In this document: piece by piece, positions 1 through 14,155 of the stretch
Layout: each line of letters opens with the position of its first letter
How positions within the stretch are numbered: the first letter of the stretch is position 1
Assembly (NCBI GenBank): GCA_965655095.1
Contig: OZ296650.1
Span: 48,856,001 to 48,920,000 of the forward strand
Direction of reading: 5' to 3'
DNA length: 64,000 nt
Source: Haplodiscus bocki
Lineage: Eukaryota
Notes under the pieces: model-generated
Databases searched by the model: none
Seen by the model: the letters and a program-made list of their open reading frames with translations, nothing else
Told to the model about the DNA's origin: nothing
Made by a program: the position numbers and the translations under genes

Positions 1-1639
1 CTAATAAAATTTCCAGATGTCAACACTTTCTATGTAGTTCAGCTGGATTCCTAATCCACAAAGTGTAATCGAAACAAACGAGCACACTATGGAAAAATCG
101 TAAATTTTGTTAATTTTGCGGATTGGAAAACGACAAATCTCCAGCAACAAGACTAAGATGTCATGCATATTTGGAAAAGATTTCTCTTGCCGGTTCTCAA
201 TTCACTTGCAGCTGAAGAAATAATATTAAAAGGCTACCCAGAGAAAATTCCGCAATAGTAAAAAAAACAAGTTAATTCTTGTTTACTTTAAAACAACGAA
301 AACTTCCCCAAAAACAACTTCCTAATAGTGAAAGCAGAACTGATAAAATTTTGGGGAAAACGCATAAATACTTAGTCTGGCCTGCTTTATACAATCAAAA
401 ACGCCACTGAAGTCAATCAATAGGCCCCTAAATTTCCAAAACATCTGTCTTCAACAACAATTGTTTCCTTTTGTAAAAGTTGACACGCAGCTAAATGTTG
501 ATTTTGAAATCAGAATCGCGAAATATCCGACAAAATCGGGAAACGAGTTAAATTTCAGCCTACTTCAAAACACTAGGACATTATCTGACGGACCTTAGAA
601 ATTGGGGAAAAATCTTCGAAACTCGTCATCTTGTACTAATTTAAGGTGGATGCGTAGTTGAAAACGTTTATCGGAACCCAAAGAAGTGGGAGCTGCTAAA
701 CATCGCAACAAGCTATTTTGTGCACTAAATTTACGACATCTTCAGTACCTTTTTGTTCTACAAAACCCGGAAAAAAACTCGACAATTCTTCGTTCATATT
801 AGCTTTGTCAATTTCAGCCAGAAACGTTTGAAGTGTTAGGGAAAAGAGCCGAGAAGTGGGACAAAACGACAAAATTTAACAACGGCTGAGAAAACAGCTC
901 GGCTTTGAATAAGATAGAAAATTTAAACTTTTGGGAACGATTTCAAAATTCGGCGGATGTAGTCGATAAATTCAGTATTTTCAATTCGGACTGAAATTGC
1001 AAAAATTCAACGAAGACAACATCTCTTGGAACGAAAATACGACGTTTTTCCAAACAAAGATGTCAAATTGAGTCAAAAATCAAATATCGAGCGCAAAACT
1101 ACTTTGGCCCAGATGGGAATCGAATCCGAGCAGTCGAAGCACCCAAGCGCACACGGCTTTCGTCAGTTACCATTTTCTGACTTTGACTTGATTCATCCCA
1201 ATGGCATCTTGTGCTAGTTGGGAACGATACAAAAGAAACGAGGGACGACCATAAAGATTTTGCGTTTGGCAGCCTAATAACATCGACCGCACTAATGTAA
1301 TTGGGACTAAAGAAGAAACATATTCCCAGTCTTCCATGAACAAGTATTGAAATAGTCATTTTTCAAATAAAAGTGAGGACCCGACTGAAATTCCTATTGC
1401 TAATACAAAAAAAATATGTGTTTATCCGCTAATATAATGGAGTCCTGGATTTCCGGCATGCATTTTCTTCACAGAGCCAAATACCAACAACTTTTTTAAT
1501 AACCCCTTACATCTTTTGAGACACACAGGCAGCTTCGACTTGAACCTTTCGGGCTTCATACACAAAAATTCACTAATTGAGTAGAACGATTTCATTTAAT
1601 GCTTGCTTTGCTGTTTTCGGCAATTCAACAATTGGTAAC

Positions 1640-2010
1640 ATCACGCAGCAGAGTCGCAGCTGTGCTTCGCAACACTTGCGTCAACGGAATACTGGAGAAC
1701 AAATCGACCAAAAATAACTGATTTCTGAAGATGCCGCGATACTGCCAAGTCTCGATACCACAAATACTACTGGAGGTGTACAGAAACTCAGTTAATTCTT
1801 GTACATTTATATACAAGTAGTAAACGCTATATCATTTGTTTTGCTTGATATTTTAATTAAAAATACTGATTCTCAAGCGACAATGCACAGCCAGTAGATT
1901 ATGAGACTGCGGCTCGAACGGTCGCAGGTTGAAGCCTTGGCCACTCCATCTTTTTCAGTCAAAATCTAGGAACTAGTGTCAGTTGTGCACGGATCGGAGA
2001 AAAATTGATG
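1640..2010 (+). repeat. Dispersed repeat with a tRNA-like (SINE-like) segment, copy A
   Basis: Aligns by eye with 23410-23740 (agctgtgcttcgcaacactt...gtcaaaatctaggaact). B-box-like GGTTGAAGCC at 1927-1936. Confidence 0.6.
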
Positions 2011-2385
2011 ACTGTTTCGCAAGTGTCAATAGGGATTAAGATGAGATAATTTTTAATAGTGAACAAACAAGGCTGAAAAGATTTATAAGAATCATTTTAA
2101 AAAGTTTTCGATGGTTAAACCGTCTCAAAATTTCTGAAAACGTAACACAATTGCTTTCAGCGTTGGCAAAAGACATATAAAACAATAAATTACATTCTAC
2201 GTAATAGAAATTCATAATATCCTCAACATTCCCGGTTCAAGGGGTCGAAAAATAGGACCATTTATATGTACAACATGACATCCTTTTGATGTTTTCAGGA
2301 ACAAATTTTAAGATCTAAGCGTGAAAGATCAAATTAAAATTTATGATATCTTAAGTTGAGAGGTTTTAGGGCAATTTTGGGATAA

Positions 2386-2598
2386 TTAAGCGGGTAGTTG
2401 AGGAAGCCCAAATTCATCCACTTCAACACCGCTAGCTCCAGGTTGTTTTGAAGAGGAAGGATCGCTTGTGGGAACACTTGCGGCATCATCCAAGAATCCA
2501 GCATCTTCAGAGAAACCCATGTCATCGCCAAGAGCATCCAACTCTGCCTCCAAATCGTCCTCGTCAATATCAGGCACACCATAGGTTCGGCCCATAAC
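2386..2598 (-). CDS. CHMP5: CHMP5 coding exon 3 (70 aa + stop)
   Basis: Acceptor ttttcag|GTT, translation VMGRTYGVPDIDEDDLEAELDALGDD...VDEFGLPQLPA*, the typical CHMP5 C-terminus (VDEFGLP). Spliced product is 216 aa. Confidence 0.97.
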   Translation of the reverse strand, partial: VMGRTYGVPDIDEDDLEAELDALGDDMGFSEDAGFLDDAASVPTSDPSSSKQPGASGVEVDEFGLPQLPA

Positions 2599-2922
2599 CT
2601 GAAAAGCCCATAACAGGATACAAAATCTGAACATTACATTTCATTATGATTCTGAAATTAGCGACTTTTTGCAAATTTTGGAGTGAAAAATGTTGTTCTG
2701 ATTTCGAGATACTTCAGTCAAGAAGTAGTCTGTTGACGAATAGAGTGAGTTTATTCACAGAAGAGCCTTTGCTAACAATGAATGAATGAAAAGCGGAGGT
2801 AGGATTAAATTCTGGAGACGTACACAAAAATATCACAAAAATACACAAAAATGCAGCGGATAAAGCGACTAAATACAAATCAGCACACTAAGCAAAAACT
2901 AAGCAACGCAAGCATGTAGTAC

Positions 2923-3189
2923 CTCTTGAATTTCATTGGCCTGTTCCATCATATCTTCAAGGTCATCCTGCATGTCTTCGATTTTGTCGATGTTCACTTT
3001 TTTGTACTCCTTCTTCATATCTTTCAAGCCTGCCTTCATTGCTGCTACGGTGGCCTGGGTGTCTTTTAGATTCTGAGTGGCGTAGTTTGTCTGTTCCATG
3101 TTAAAGCTCTGGTTGCGAAGTCCTTCTGCTTGTCCCTCATATTGTTTCTTTTGTCTCAGAAGACGCATAGCTTTTTGTTTCACTGCGTT
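2923..3189 (-). CDS. CHMP5: CHMP5 coding exon 2, 89 codons
   Basis: Acceptor ttttag|AAC, translation [18 protein letters not shown]...[10 protein letters not shown]...[11 protein letters not shown], donor GAG|GTAC. Continues exon 1 in phase and matches the CHMP5 Snf7 domain. Confidence 0.97.
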
Positions 3190-4839
3190 CTAAAATAACG
3201 GATGTCACAGATTTCAAGCCTCCACAAGTTTTCCCTATTAGATTTCACTCTTCAAGTTCCAAGCGCCCCTGAGCGAGAAAAAACCCCAGGTCTCGAATAT
3301 CGAACTAAATGAATCAAAATGTCATTTTTCATCTATCAAACGTAACAAACAGCTGATTGGAAAATATGAAAAACACGAATTATTCATGCAACTTATATAA
3401 GACCCATCAAAACAAAAGCTCGGCCCATTGAGTAACGCAAAACTAATCCCCTCACGTTTCACAAGAAACTAATGATCTTGAAGAAACGATAAACAGCTGT
3501 CGATGAATAAACGATTGAGCAAGAAATACCATGAGAAAATTTTCGGACCACATGACACCAAAAACTTAGCACAGGGCCTGGCGGAGACTAGGAGTACTGA
3601 ATTTGCAAGAATTGTCCCAAGATTAACACTCAGCAGAGAAAAAATCTGTTCTGTAATTTTTTGAGTTCTCTCGCAATCAAAGATAGCCGTCTACATCTAA
3701 CACAGAGGCGAAGCGAAATTTCGCAACATATTCTGGCATCTTAGCTGAGATCGAAGATAAAGTTTACAAATCAAAGGTCTCGAGACACTTGAACCGTGAT
3801 CAGATAAATGATTGACACCAGAAGTCTGTCAGTAGGTTGTTCGAAAAAGTGGAAATGAAACAAGAACCGGTCACAGTGTCAGATAATCGGAAAGTTGATG
3901 TCTATCATGTCTTTTTAGATCCGCTATCTTGCGGCTTCCAGACTTACACAGAAGACAACGCCAGAAAATTGAAAAATATTAGGTGTCCTAAAAAAGTTTA
4001 CGTGTCAGAATGTCGATCTCTCAAAATGGCCAGTTTCAGTCGACACGATGAAAAGCAACTTCAGTTTTTTTATCTCCGATGTTTTCCAGGCTACGCAATT
4101 TTGCCACCAATGTTTTAAAGATTTGCACAGTAAACAACGCAAAAAATGAGCCATTCCCTGCTAAAAGGGATTGTTCTTAACCGTTTCAAATAGATTATCA
4201 GACTCTCTGAAGACGTCACAAAATGCAAGTTTTGGACAGAATTAAGTAAAACTGCAAAAACACATTCTTCTTTACCGTCAGAATGTGTAAAAAGTTACGC
4301 AAAAATCTATTACTGAGGATCATTTCAAAGCATGCTTGGCATTTGATTAAGAGCTCGATGATAATAATCCAATGAACAGTTACTGAGAAATTCTACCAAA
4401 GTCATCAAAAAGGTTAATGGCAAACACAAAATCAAAAATGCTAAATTGTTCATGTTCAACGTAGAATATTTGAAACACTGCTCCGCAAGGTATACTAAAG
4501 CAAAAAAATGGCCATTATTGCAGCAATTTGACTTTTGATGAATTATACTAAAGATGTCTGGACTGGTAGATTATCACAGACAGCTGAGGAATCGCCGCTG
4601 GTAAACAGTCGCCTGCGAAATGTCCAAATATTTCGAACTGGAACTATCATTCGTCAAATGGAACTGAGTATGCGGATCACAGAACTGAGAAAAACATTTG
4701 TTTTTGCGGAAAGGCATGTTTCAGAGGAAAATGACTCTGAATATCGAGAAAACGTGACTAATTGCAGTTTTGATATCATGGGCCTTTCAAGTTTTCGACG
4801 CCGGGTACAACATTGAGGCACGGAGACAAAGCCGGACTC

Positions 4840-5150
4840 CAAAACACCTGCGCCAACGGAAGAAGACTACTGAACAAATCGAACAAGCATAACTGATCTT
4901 TCAAGGCACCACAGAGCAACGAAAACTAATTAAAGAATTGAACAAAAAAAATGATCGAACAGGTTTATTCTCTCAAAACTATCTACAAGTGTAAAAAGTA
5001 CGAACTGTTAAAGCACTTAATTTGCTTTATATCCAAAACAATCGCACAAGCTGAAAATAAGGCCACGGGAACAACTGTTTGTAACTGTGCGAGATATCAT
5101 GAACAAATTTCTGCAAGCATACGAGAGCGTACGGACAAAATGTATAAATA
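4840..5150 (+). repeat. Partial copy of the same dispersed repeat (upstream part only)
   Basis: acacctgcgccaacggaagaagactactgaacaaatcgaacaagcataactgat resembles 23211-23295. Confidence 0.55.
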
Positions 5151-5279
5151 TTAGAATCTAGGAGCAAATTCGAGTCGACAAGGGATAGGAAAAAGTTGAA
5201 TGACATGCGCGCGGAGTAATTGGAGTATTTGCGACCTGAAATAAGGGTCCTAGAATTTATCCCTGCGATAGTCAAAAAG

Positions 5280-5835
5280 ATTGTTTTCCGTCTTCAGATT
5301 TTGTACCATCTCATCGAAAAAATCTTCGCTCAAAGTCCGAAAAACAGGAAAGTTCAGAAAAATTATCAACCAAAACGTTCCACCGGACACCTCGAATACA
5401 TTTTTCCCAATCTTTCCAAAAAATTTCCACCGACAGCCCGAATTTTTTAGTAGTTTTTCTCAGAGATCTCCACGTAGAAAGCAGTTTTGAAAATCCTGCC
5501 GAAAAATAAAAAAGGTGACCCAAAGAGCAGTAACTTTTCGCTCAGTCCGATAAGCTTAATGAATCATTTTTTATAAGAAAAAAACAAACAAATTAATTGA
5601 CAACCTAAAAAAACTTCCAGAAAGTCAGGAAAATTCCATGAAAATATAATTTTTTGCCGAAAAACATGTTCACCAAAATGTTCATTTGCACATGTAGAAT
5701 GCAGTTCTGAAGAACACGACGGCAAAATTCTGCTCAAAGTCCGGAAAATTTCCGAACACAGTCAGAAAAAATTACAAGATTATAAATTTCTTTCTAGTTT
5801 CTTTCTCAAAATGTTCCACGGGAGACGTAGAACTA
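5280..5835 (+). repeat. Degenerate tandem array, unit core aatgttcctctggacacgtagaatgcagttttgacaa
   Basis: Units near 5375, 5470, 5676 and 5808. Same family as 12210-12800 and, inverted, 8185-8345. Confidence 0.75.
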
Positions 5836-6769
5836 AGTAATTACATATACTATATATAGCAGAATTAGGTTCAACTTTCAGCATAACTACATGGTTCATT
5901 TCTTTCATCAGGGTTTAATTCAATAACCCTTTGCTTGAGGAGGACTTATCAGAAGAAAAACCGACACTGTTTCTTTGCATCCGTTTCATGACAGGCCGAA
6001 AATGTGAAGAATGCTATGAATCACGATCAACCTCGTTTTTGTAGCTCATAACCATCTAAAACTACCAGTTTGACAATTTGCATCAAAAGTCCAACGGACA
6101 AGTCTTTCCTTGAGGAGGACTATTCAAAAAATATTCATTTTTGTTCCTTCCGTCGGTATCCTGGTAGTCCAAACACGTCAAAAAACGCGATCAATTTTGA
6201 GACCTTGATATTCGAATTGCTAATTCTCAACAACCATTGGCTGGTTTTCTTCCATCAAGATCTCAATCAACAGATTCCGACTTTTGACCGACTGCGACAA
6301 TGAAAAATTGTCATTTTTTGTCTGTCGGGAGTCCTGATACTCCGAGAAGGCCGAAAAGTGCTCATAAGAAGGACAAATCTCGACACTCAAATTAATATTC
6401 CTTCAACACTATTTGTTCCGCTCCACTTGCAAACATTTCAATCGACAAGTTTCATCAGATGAGGGTTCTTTCATCCGACATCAATTTCAGCCGAGCGTAA
6501 CGAAAGCGAAGCGAAGGCTCTTCAGAGACCCACACTGCAGAAACCAGAGGCAATTTTCCTCTTCCGCTTTATACACAAACTTCCTTGGTCAAAGCTTAAA
6601 ATTTCTCCACATTAATGAAAGATTTCTCTGATTTCTGCAGAAACACTATGACAAGACTTTGATCTATTAGATACTAACATTTCGTTGTGAACCGGTACTT
6701 TTTCGACAGTTGTCTCCATGATAGACTTCAAAACCGAGGTAAATACGGCTAATTTGATCAAAGTGGTCA

Positions 6770-7070
6770 GATCATAGGTCATTTATTTCAACATGTGGGG
6801 CTCCAAACTGTCCGAATTTAGCACACTCTTAACGAAGAGACTCTGTTGTATAACATACTAGAAATCAGTTGCGGTCCGACGACTTTTCGATAATTCTTGA
6901 GGAAGACATGAAAATCCAGCTAATGTCCACTACCTTGACGATAATTCTAATACTATAGGTCGTTTATTTTCACATGTAGGGCTACAATTTGAACTTTGGA
7001 CAGCCACCATTACGATAAGACTCTTTTTAATAGAAAACTAGTTGATTGCGATCTGACAACTTTTCGATGT
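6770..7070. repeat. Diverged tandem duplication, period about 180 bp
   Basis: ataggtcatttatttcaacatgtggggctcc...acttttcgat (6774) versus ataggtcgtttattttcacatgtagggctac...acttttcgat (6954). Confidence 0.65.
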
Positions 7071-8184
7071 TTTTCTTCAAAAGAAACTCGAAAGTCGAGC
7101 TTTTTTGGGTACTTCAAAAATTTTCGAGAGTTTAAAATGTTTCAATTGGGCACCTAGCTCTTCGGTTGATTTTAATTGTGATCAATCAAAACAGGAAAAC
7201 TCAAACCTATCAGTAAGTGAAATTTAGTTGCAATGACGAAGTTTTATGAAGTGTTTTTTTGCGAACATTTTTTGGAAATCGAGCTTCTTTCAAGATTTTT
7301 CCTCAAAATTTAAACTTTGGTACCAGAGGCGAGTGAGCGAAAAACCTTGGTTTGCCACGGCATAGGAAAAAGATACGAATTATGAATCAACTAATGTTGG
7401 CTTGACGAGGCAATATTTTTCGTAGGGCTCTTATGCGAAAGTTTCCATGGTGTTTCCATAAAAATTTGTCAACTTCAATTGCTTTCTTTTGGAACCTAGG
7501 TCTTCAAACTCCAGGAACTTTGTATCATTTTATTCAAAAGCACCTATTCATCACATGGTAACTTTTCCTTTGAGTCAATATTTCTCGACAGGTTTCCTAA
7601 TGAAATCGGCGAAGTTTTGATACTTTCTGCAAGCTTAGATTCATGTCAAATCTATCTACCACCCACCGAGGTCTCATTGCATAAGCGATGGCACAACCTC
7701 CTAAATTCTGGATTTCATAAACTAATTATTACAAAAAAAATACAAATCTTAGAAGCAAATAAGAAAATACAGGCTTGAATTCTTTTGACAAACTCTCTGA
7801 GAGCCACTTGGTAGATGTCCGATCAATCATTTCTACACCTTTCCTCTGACAGAAAAATTGCTTTCATTAAAATATCAAACTAATCGCACTAATTGACATT
7901 TTCAGCTTCTATTATGGTTTTACTGAAAGAAAGATAACAGACTATTATTATTAAATCATCTTTTGCAAACTGAAAGCTGCGGATTGAGAACTTGACCAGA
8001 AATTGGTTAGACGCTAAAGCAGAAAACGAAGCTAATTTTCAACAAGAAGCGCAGCAACGTTGCAATATTTTCGGTTGACATTGGGTTAGAAATGGCTGAA
8101 AGAAGAAGTTGCTGAAAACTTCAGGAAGGCATATAAACCCTACCGTAGCTCAGTAAACACAAATTTTAGGAAAAACTGATGTTC

Positions 8185-8345
8185 CGAAAACTAATTTCTA
8201 CGTGTCCAGAAGAAATTTTTGAGTGACAATCTTGAAAAACTTCGAAATTTTTCCGGACTTTGCGCTCGAACTTTTTTGCCGGTGTTGTCAAACTGCATTC
8301 TGCGTGTTCAGAAAAACATTTTGAGCGACCTTCAGCGAAAATTTT
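8185..8345 (-). repeat. Inverted copy of the ggacacgtagaatgcagttttgacaa repeat family
   Basis: ttctacgtgtccagaagaaatt and ttgtcaaactgcattctgcgtgttcagaaaaacatt are reverse complements of the unit. Confidence 0.7.
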
Positions 8346-8599
8346 CTTACTGGTTTCCGAACGAATTATCAACATTCCACAAAACTTGAAACACTTCAGC
8401 AATTAGACATTCAGTTCAACTTGCCACTCCCTGCATTAGCAAAAGTGGTCGGAACTTTGACTTACCACTTTCCAAATAATAGAAACAACGGTGGGAATTT
8501 GTAGTGAATGAGAACATTCCCGAGAATTGGCAGAAACCCGCGGTAAAAGATGAAGCAAACTACATATCTACGATTTTCATTTCGTAGAATATTATGACG

Positions 8600-9300
8600 G
8601 AAAAATTTTTCATTATCACACTAACTGGCATTTTCAACACATTACCGTTCTACTTCGAGTAACAAAATCAAAGGTTTTTGTTATTGAAAGAACTTTTGCC
8701 AATCAGAAACTGTTGATTGAAACCTTGAGGCAAGCAATGGGGTAGGTAATACTGGAGAAAAATGAAATTGAATAATTAAATATGTCAAAATTGATCACAC
8801 TATCTGGCATTGTGATATTTGGATTCTACTGCAAGCAAAAAACCGAAGATTTTCATTATCGAAAGAAATTTCGTAATGTCAGAAATGCCTATTGATACCA
8901 AGATACAAGAAATCGGGTAGGTGTAGTGCAAAGAAGTGACTATTTAAAAACGCCATTCTTTGTCGCAGCATTTGGCATTATCAACCCCCAAAGACTTCGC
9001 TGAAATTATCAAAACTCGGAGTTAGGGTTGAATGAATTTTTGCGATTAGAAAAATGTTGATTGAGACCTTAATGGGAGGAAGCGAGCGGGTATCATTCGA
9101 GGAAAGGATTTTGAAAACCAGGAAAAATCATTTTATTGCATTTTTTGGAACTTTCGAACTATCAGTTGCACGGCAAGATATAATACCCAAGGTTTTTTTA
9201 ACCACTAAACTTCGGCGAAACGGAAGCTTCCCATTTAGATCTTCAATGAAATCAATAGTAGTAGTAGCCTCTTCCAAATAAAAGGATAAAAGGCCAAGTT
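8600..9300. repeat. Highly diverged tandem array, period about 175 bp
   Basis: Recurring ttattgaaagaa...cagaaa...gttgattgaaacc...gggtagg block near 8681, 8856 and 9028. Confidence 0.55.
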
Positions 9301-12209
9301 ATTCCGATGGACACTTCTTCGAGTGTATCTTCTTTGTTATTTTCAGGCTCGAAAGCAAAACCAGGATCTTGATGTCCAAGAATGCCGAAACCAAAGAATT
9401 TTTTCAATTTTTTATGAAATCAGAAGTTCCATAAAGTTAGATTTTATCGGCATGTTCAGAAAATTAGACAAACTCCAGTGGGTACACTAACTGTTGTTGA
9501 AGGAATATCAGGCTTCGAATATTTTTTGAAAAGAGGTTCAAAAGACGGAAAGCCCTACTCAGAAAAATTATTTTATATTAGAAGTAGTTAAAAAAGCAAA
9601 GAAAGTAGAAAACATAGGCGCTAAGGTGCTTAGCGCAAGGCTCGCAAAAGTATTCAACCTCTCGATTACATCGCTGACCACATGCTTATGCAGTGCCACA
9701 GAGCATGTAGCAAAATCCGGAGAGAACAGGCAGAGAACAACTAAGAGATAAAAACGGAGTTTCAAGGTAACTATCCTAACTTCAAACAAAAATTAGCTTA
9801 AAAAGAAAATTGCCATTTCAAAAATCAGCGAAAGCCAGCCAGTGTTTGGTAAATACCGTCTCAGAGCAGCAAGGTCCCATGAGTTGACAACTAGGGTGTT
9901 AAGTAGAACTTAGCTTAGTTAAGTAACTTAGTTTTTTAAGCCAACGGATCTTACGAATGTTTTCGTAGAAAATGAGCGTCAAAATTAAGAAACGCAGTGG
10001 GCAATGCCAAATGTGTTACGAAAAAATTAATAATTCCGCCTTTTTTGACGGAAACTGGCCCAAAAAAATTGGGCGAAAAATATCACAGGAAGCCTGTCAA
10101 CTGAATGGTTTTTCATCGATTAGTTCAAAAACGTTGGTGAATCCAAGCTTATTGTAAAGATAGACCTCAAAAACATAGCCTTTGCCCTCTAAAAAGTCCG
10201 AATTTTTTCACTAATAACTCGCGGAAAAAATTTTCGGCGGCCAAAAATTTGAAATACGATAGATCGTGAACTCGTCGTTGTGTTTACACAAAAATCGGAT
10301 AAACCGGACCAATAGGTGCCGAGAAAATTAGATTTAAATAGATGAAACACTGAGGGATGTGATGTCCAGGACGATAAAAAAACGAAATCAATTTTACGTG
10401 ACCTTGTGCGAATAGGCTTCGCTGCACTCGCCTAAACAGAAGAAAGCTTGTTTTTTTCTGGCCGCCGTGGAGAAGGAACACTTAACCCCGTTCGTAGTCC
10501 ACACCTCACTTTTTGTAATTAACCACTAGGCTAAAACAGCAAGATTTGATGTCAAGAAATTCACCTAGAAAGTTACACCGAACTGGAAAGGCAGTGGAGA
10601 ACAAAACTTGACTGAGTTGCAGATTTTTCCTCGTACTTTCATGACGGAAAAAAAAACTCGAAACAGCTAGGGACGCATTTCTGAAATAACACCTTATCTT
10701 GAGAAAGAGGAAGTCGGTTAGCCAGCAAAGGTACATTTAGCCACCCATATTTGATAGAAAAAAACTTGACCTAAAACTTTCAGTAAAAAAAAACAGGAAT
10801 CAACTTCTCTTAAAAAACGTTTCGGTGAAATGCTACCTTCAAAAAAGCCTTTTACGGTAGATTAACAAACGCCCCCCCCCCCCCCCCAAGAAAAAAAAAC
10901 AGATGCAAAGCCGTGCTTCTCGAACACTTGCGGCGAACGTAAGGAACGGTATCGGGTATTTGATCACTTGACTTACGAAGTTCTCGTAGTATAAATGTTA
11001 CAAAAAGGCATCAAGCACACTAAATAATGAGCGCTGAGAACTTGAAATGATATGAAATTGGGGATTAGGCTAACATTGCACAAACTCCGATCTCGAAAAA
11101 TTGCACAGTGCTCTAAGAGTCGAAACTTCCGATATCAATAGTGTACAGGTCGAAATTACCGATTTAAAAAGTTTGCAGTTATCCGACGCTTTGTGAATCA
11201 ACAATGATTTGACGCCATGAACAATAAGCATTTAAAAGAGACAGAAAAAGCTTCAAATTATACTGTCAAAATTGGGAAATTTTGAACCAAGTTCTTGAAA
11301 CCTAACATGACTCTAGAAAAACATTTTTGAAATACGAATTACCGAAAAAGTAACTGATGATCCACTTCAATAACACTTGCTAGTCGCAAGTCTAACACAG
11401 AGGCGGAGCGGAGTTTTCTGGTGGGAAATTAACCGAGGAAGGGAAAACTGTCACGTAGCTTAGCCAGTAATTGGACACTGGATGGTAGCAAACCAACCTA
11501 TAGTGAAAAACACTTTTGAAAACAGCAAATACGTTCTCAAGTTTCAGAACACTCGTTAAAATAAATTACAGAACAGCTATATAGCTGGCTATCCGCTATT
11601 CACAGATTCTTTACCTGGCGTATTTTTGGATGAGCACAAGATGGCTTCAGTCCAACAAATGCACTCAAAGAAAAGCATATTTCAAAGAAGAGGCCACTGA
11701 TAAATTCTCAAACCTGAAGGTAAAAAACTTCTCACCCCTTAATTAAAATTTGGCAATCATTTATGAATGCAATGTAATTGAGAAGTGAAGCATTTCCATG
11801 ATGTTGATAACTGAGTTTCCCACAGATAAGACGTCATTATCGGGCATTTTGCCACCACAAGAAACACCTCAAAGACCGATTTTCGACAAGGCCGGCATGA
11901 ACAAAATCTTTTAGCAATTGCGAGTTGTGACCATGACAAAAAAACGCATGTCGACCGTAATAAGCCGGAGCTTTGCCGGCTTAAAACAAATACGATGCTC
12001 AATTGAATTCGCAGGTGGAGAATTTGCTACAATTTTAACGGTCAAAATCGTGTTTTTTTACGATATCATGAACGAGCAGAAAGATTTTCGCGCGTACATT
12101 TTTATTTTCCGTCGTAAAAATTATGAAAGGAAAATCATTCTCTCAGTACGTAGACCATTTTCTCCGTGATATGCCAATTCTGGGTGAACATGTTCACGAT
12201 TTTTTAAGC

Positions 12210-12800
12210 CCAAATGTTCCTCGGGACATGTAAAACGCAGTTTTGACAACCGTGCAGAAAACTTTTCACTCAAAATGGGAAATTTTTTGCTCAAAGTCCG
12301 AAAATGATGAAATATTTTTTTCAAAAAACTCATTTTTCTTCAACATGTTCTTCTGGACACGTAGAATGCAGTTTTGACAATCCTTTCGAAATTTTTTCCG
12401 CCAAAAGTCCCAGAACTTTCCACTAAAATTCAGAAAACATTCAAAAAAATATGAATTTTTCAAAAATATATTAATCTTCAAAATAATACCCTGTACATGT
12501 ACAATGCAACATTCCGAAGAAAGTATTTTTCCTCAGAATGTTCCTCAGGACATGTAGAACGCAGTTTTGACAAATATGCCGAAGATTTTTCGCCAAAGGT
12601 CCGAAAAATTTTTACTCAAAGACCGAAAATTATAATTTCCAAAAAGTTCTCCAAATTCATGACTCATAGAAGGCAGTTTGGATAACCCTGCCGAAAATTT
12701 TTGGCTAAAAGTCTGAATAAAATTCTAAAGTTTTAAATTTTTCAAAAAAAACGCCAAATATGTTCTTCTGGACACGCACGTAGAACTCAGTTCTGAGAGC
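12210..12800 (+). repeat. Degenerate tandem array of the ggacacgtagaatgcagttttgacaa family
   Basis: At least five units, near 12212, 12343, 12535, 12665 and 12757, with AT-rich variable spacers. Confidence 0.8.
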
Positions 12801-14155
12801 ACCACACCTTTCGTCTAATATTGAACTTACTGCGCTAAGAGCGGGTCTCATCGCACTTCGTCTCAGAACCATTTCTCGCCCACCGTCGACGGAAAATATC
12901 ATAGCGCTGTTGCGTATCGTGTTAAAGGTTGGGCGAAAATTTAAAGCTCAGCGGATCATTGATTTTGAACAGCGCGTTTTTCAGTGAACATACTACCCGA
13001 AATGTTAGAATGATGAACTTGGTCACAAGATTTACAAGACGGATTTCCTTTGGTTAAGTCAGCGAAATTTTAGCGTTTTGGAGCCCAAAATCTCAAACAA
13101 GGAAACCTGTGGTAAAAATTGTAGCGCCAAAATTTTCTGAAATTTTCAACCCAAGAAGATCGGAAAGCCACTCAAGACATTTGACTCCCAATTTTCGGCA
13201 CTTTTCGTCATTTTTAATTTTTTCTCAGACTTAGAGGTTCCAAATAGACAAGCAAACTCTATTTAAGGCCATCAATTGACCTCATACAATCCGACAGAAG
13301 CCAAGATAGGCAAATTTTGTACCAAATTTACTTTCTTTGCAAACGCTCGTTCTTAGAAGGTTGGGAGTTTTTGTTATACTTGCATAAAAATTTCAAAATC
13401 TCAGCCGTCAGAAAAAGCCACCCTAGGCGGATATGATTTCTCAAATTTTTTGGAAAAACCATAGCTACCCTTAAACCTTATTAATTATTAATATACCGCA
13501 AATTAATATACCGCAAATTGAGATGAATCAATCAAATCAAAAAATCCCGGGGTTTCCACTTTAAAAAAAACATTGACGGAGGAGCAAAAAAAGAATTTTC
13601 CAACTTCAATTTCCGCGCACTGACCGCTACTACGACGGTTCATATAGTTACTCCTATAATCTCTAGCAGCTTCCTTATCACGGAGGAGGTTGAAAAAAAA
13701 GGTAGGAGAAACCGTGAAAAAAAATTCAAAAACAAAAATCGACTAAAATTAAGAGTACTAGGTAGAACAAAAATTTTCCCAAGCATTAGATAATGTAGAA
13801 AAACGGCATTCAGCGATGTACAGCTTTGAATTCCTGATAAAATAATAACTTAAACAAAATTCTGAAATCCGAACTTGACAGATAAACTCTCATTTAATCA
13901 AAGCGTAGAAGTTTAACTTCATTTTAGAAGGGTAATCTCCGAAGGATTTAAAATTCCGGAAGAGCGCACAACTCACTGTTTTGGGCGATATTTGAAGTTA
14001 TAAAGTGTATCGGGTTTTTTTCTGATTTATGTTTTGAAAAAAAAAAATTTGAAAAAACACTCAAGCTTGGCCGAAAATGATTCAAAAACAACTTTCCAAC
14101 AATTGGCCCAATTTTAAGACAAAAATCACAAATTGATGGATAATTTTCAATTCTC

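Noticed and set aside
1876-1950. Functional tRNA gene
   Set aside because: The A/B boxes are degenerate and the acceptor stem does not pair. Treated as part of a repeat.
10482-10505. TTAACCC piggyBac-like terminus
   Set aside because: No matching inverted GGGTTAA end or transposase nearby.
12210-12800. CRISPR-like repeat-spacer appearance
   Set aside because: Eukaryotic intron, degenerate repeats, irregular and mutually similar AT-rich spacers, and no cas genes.
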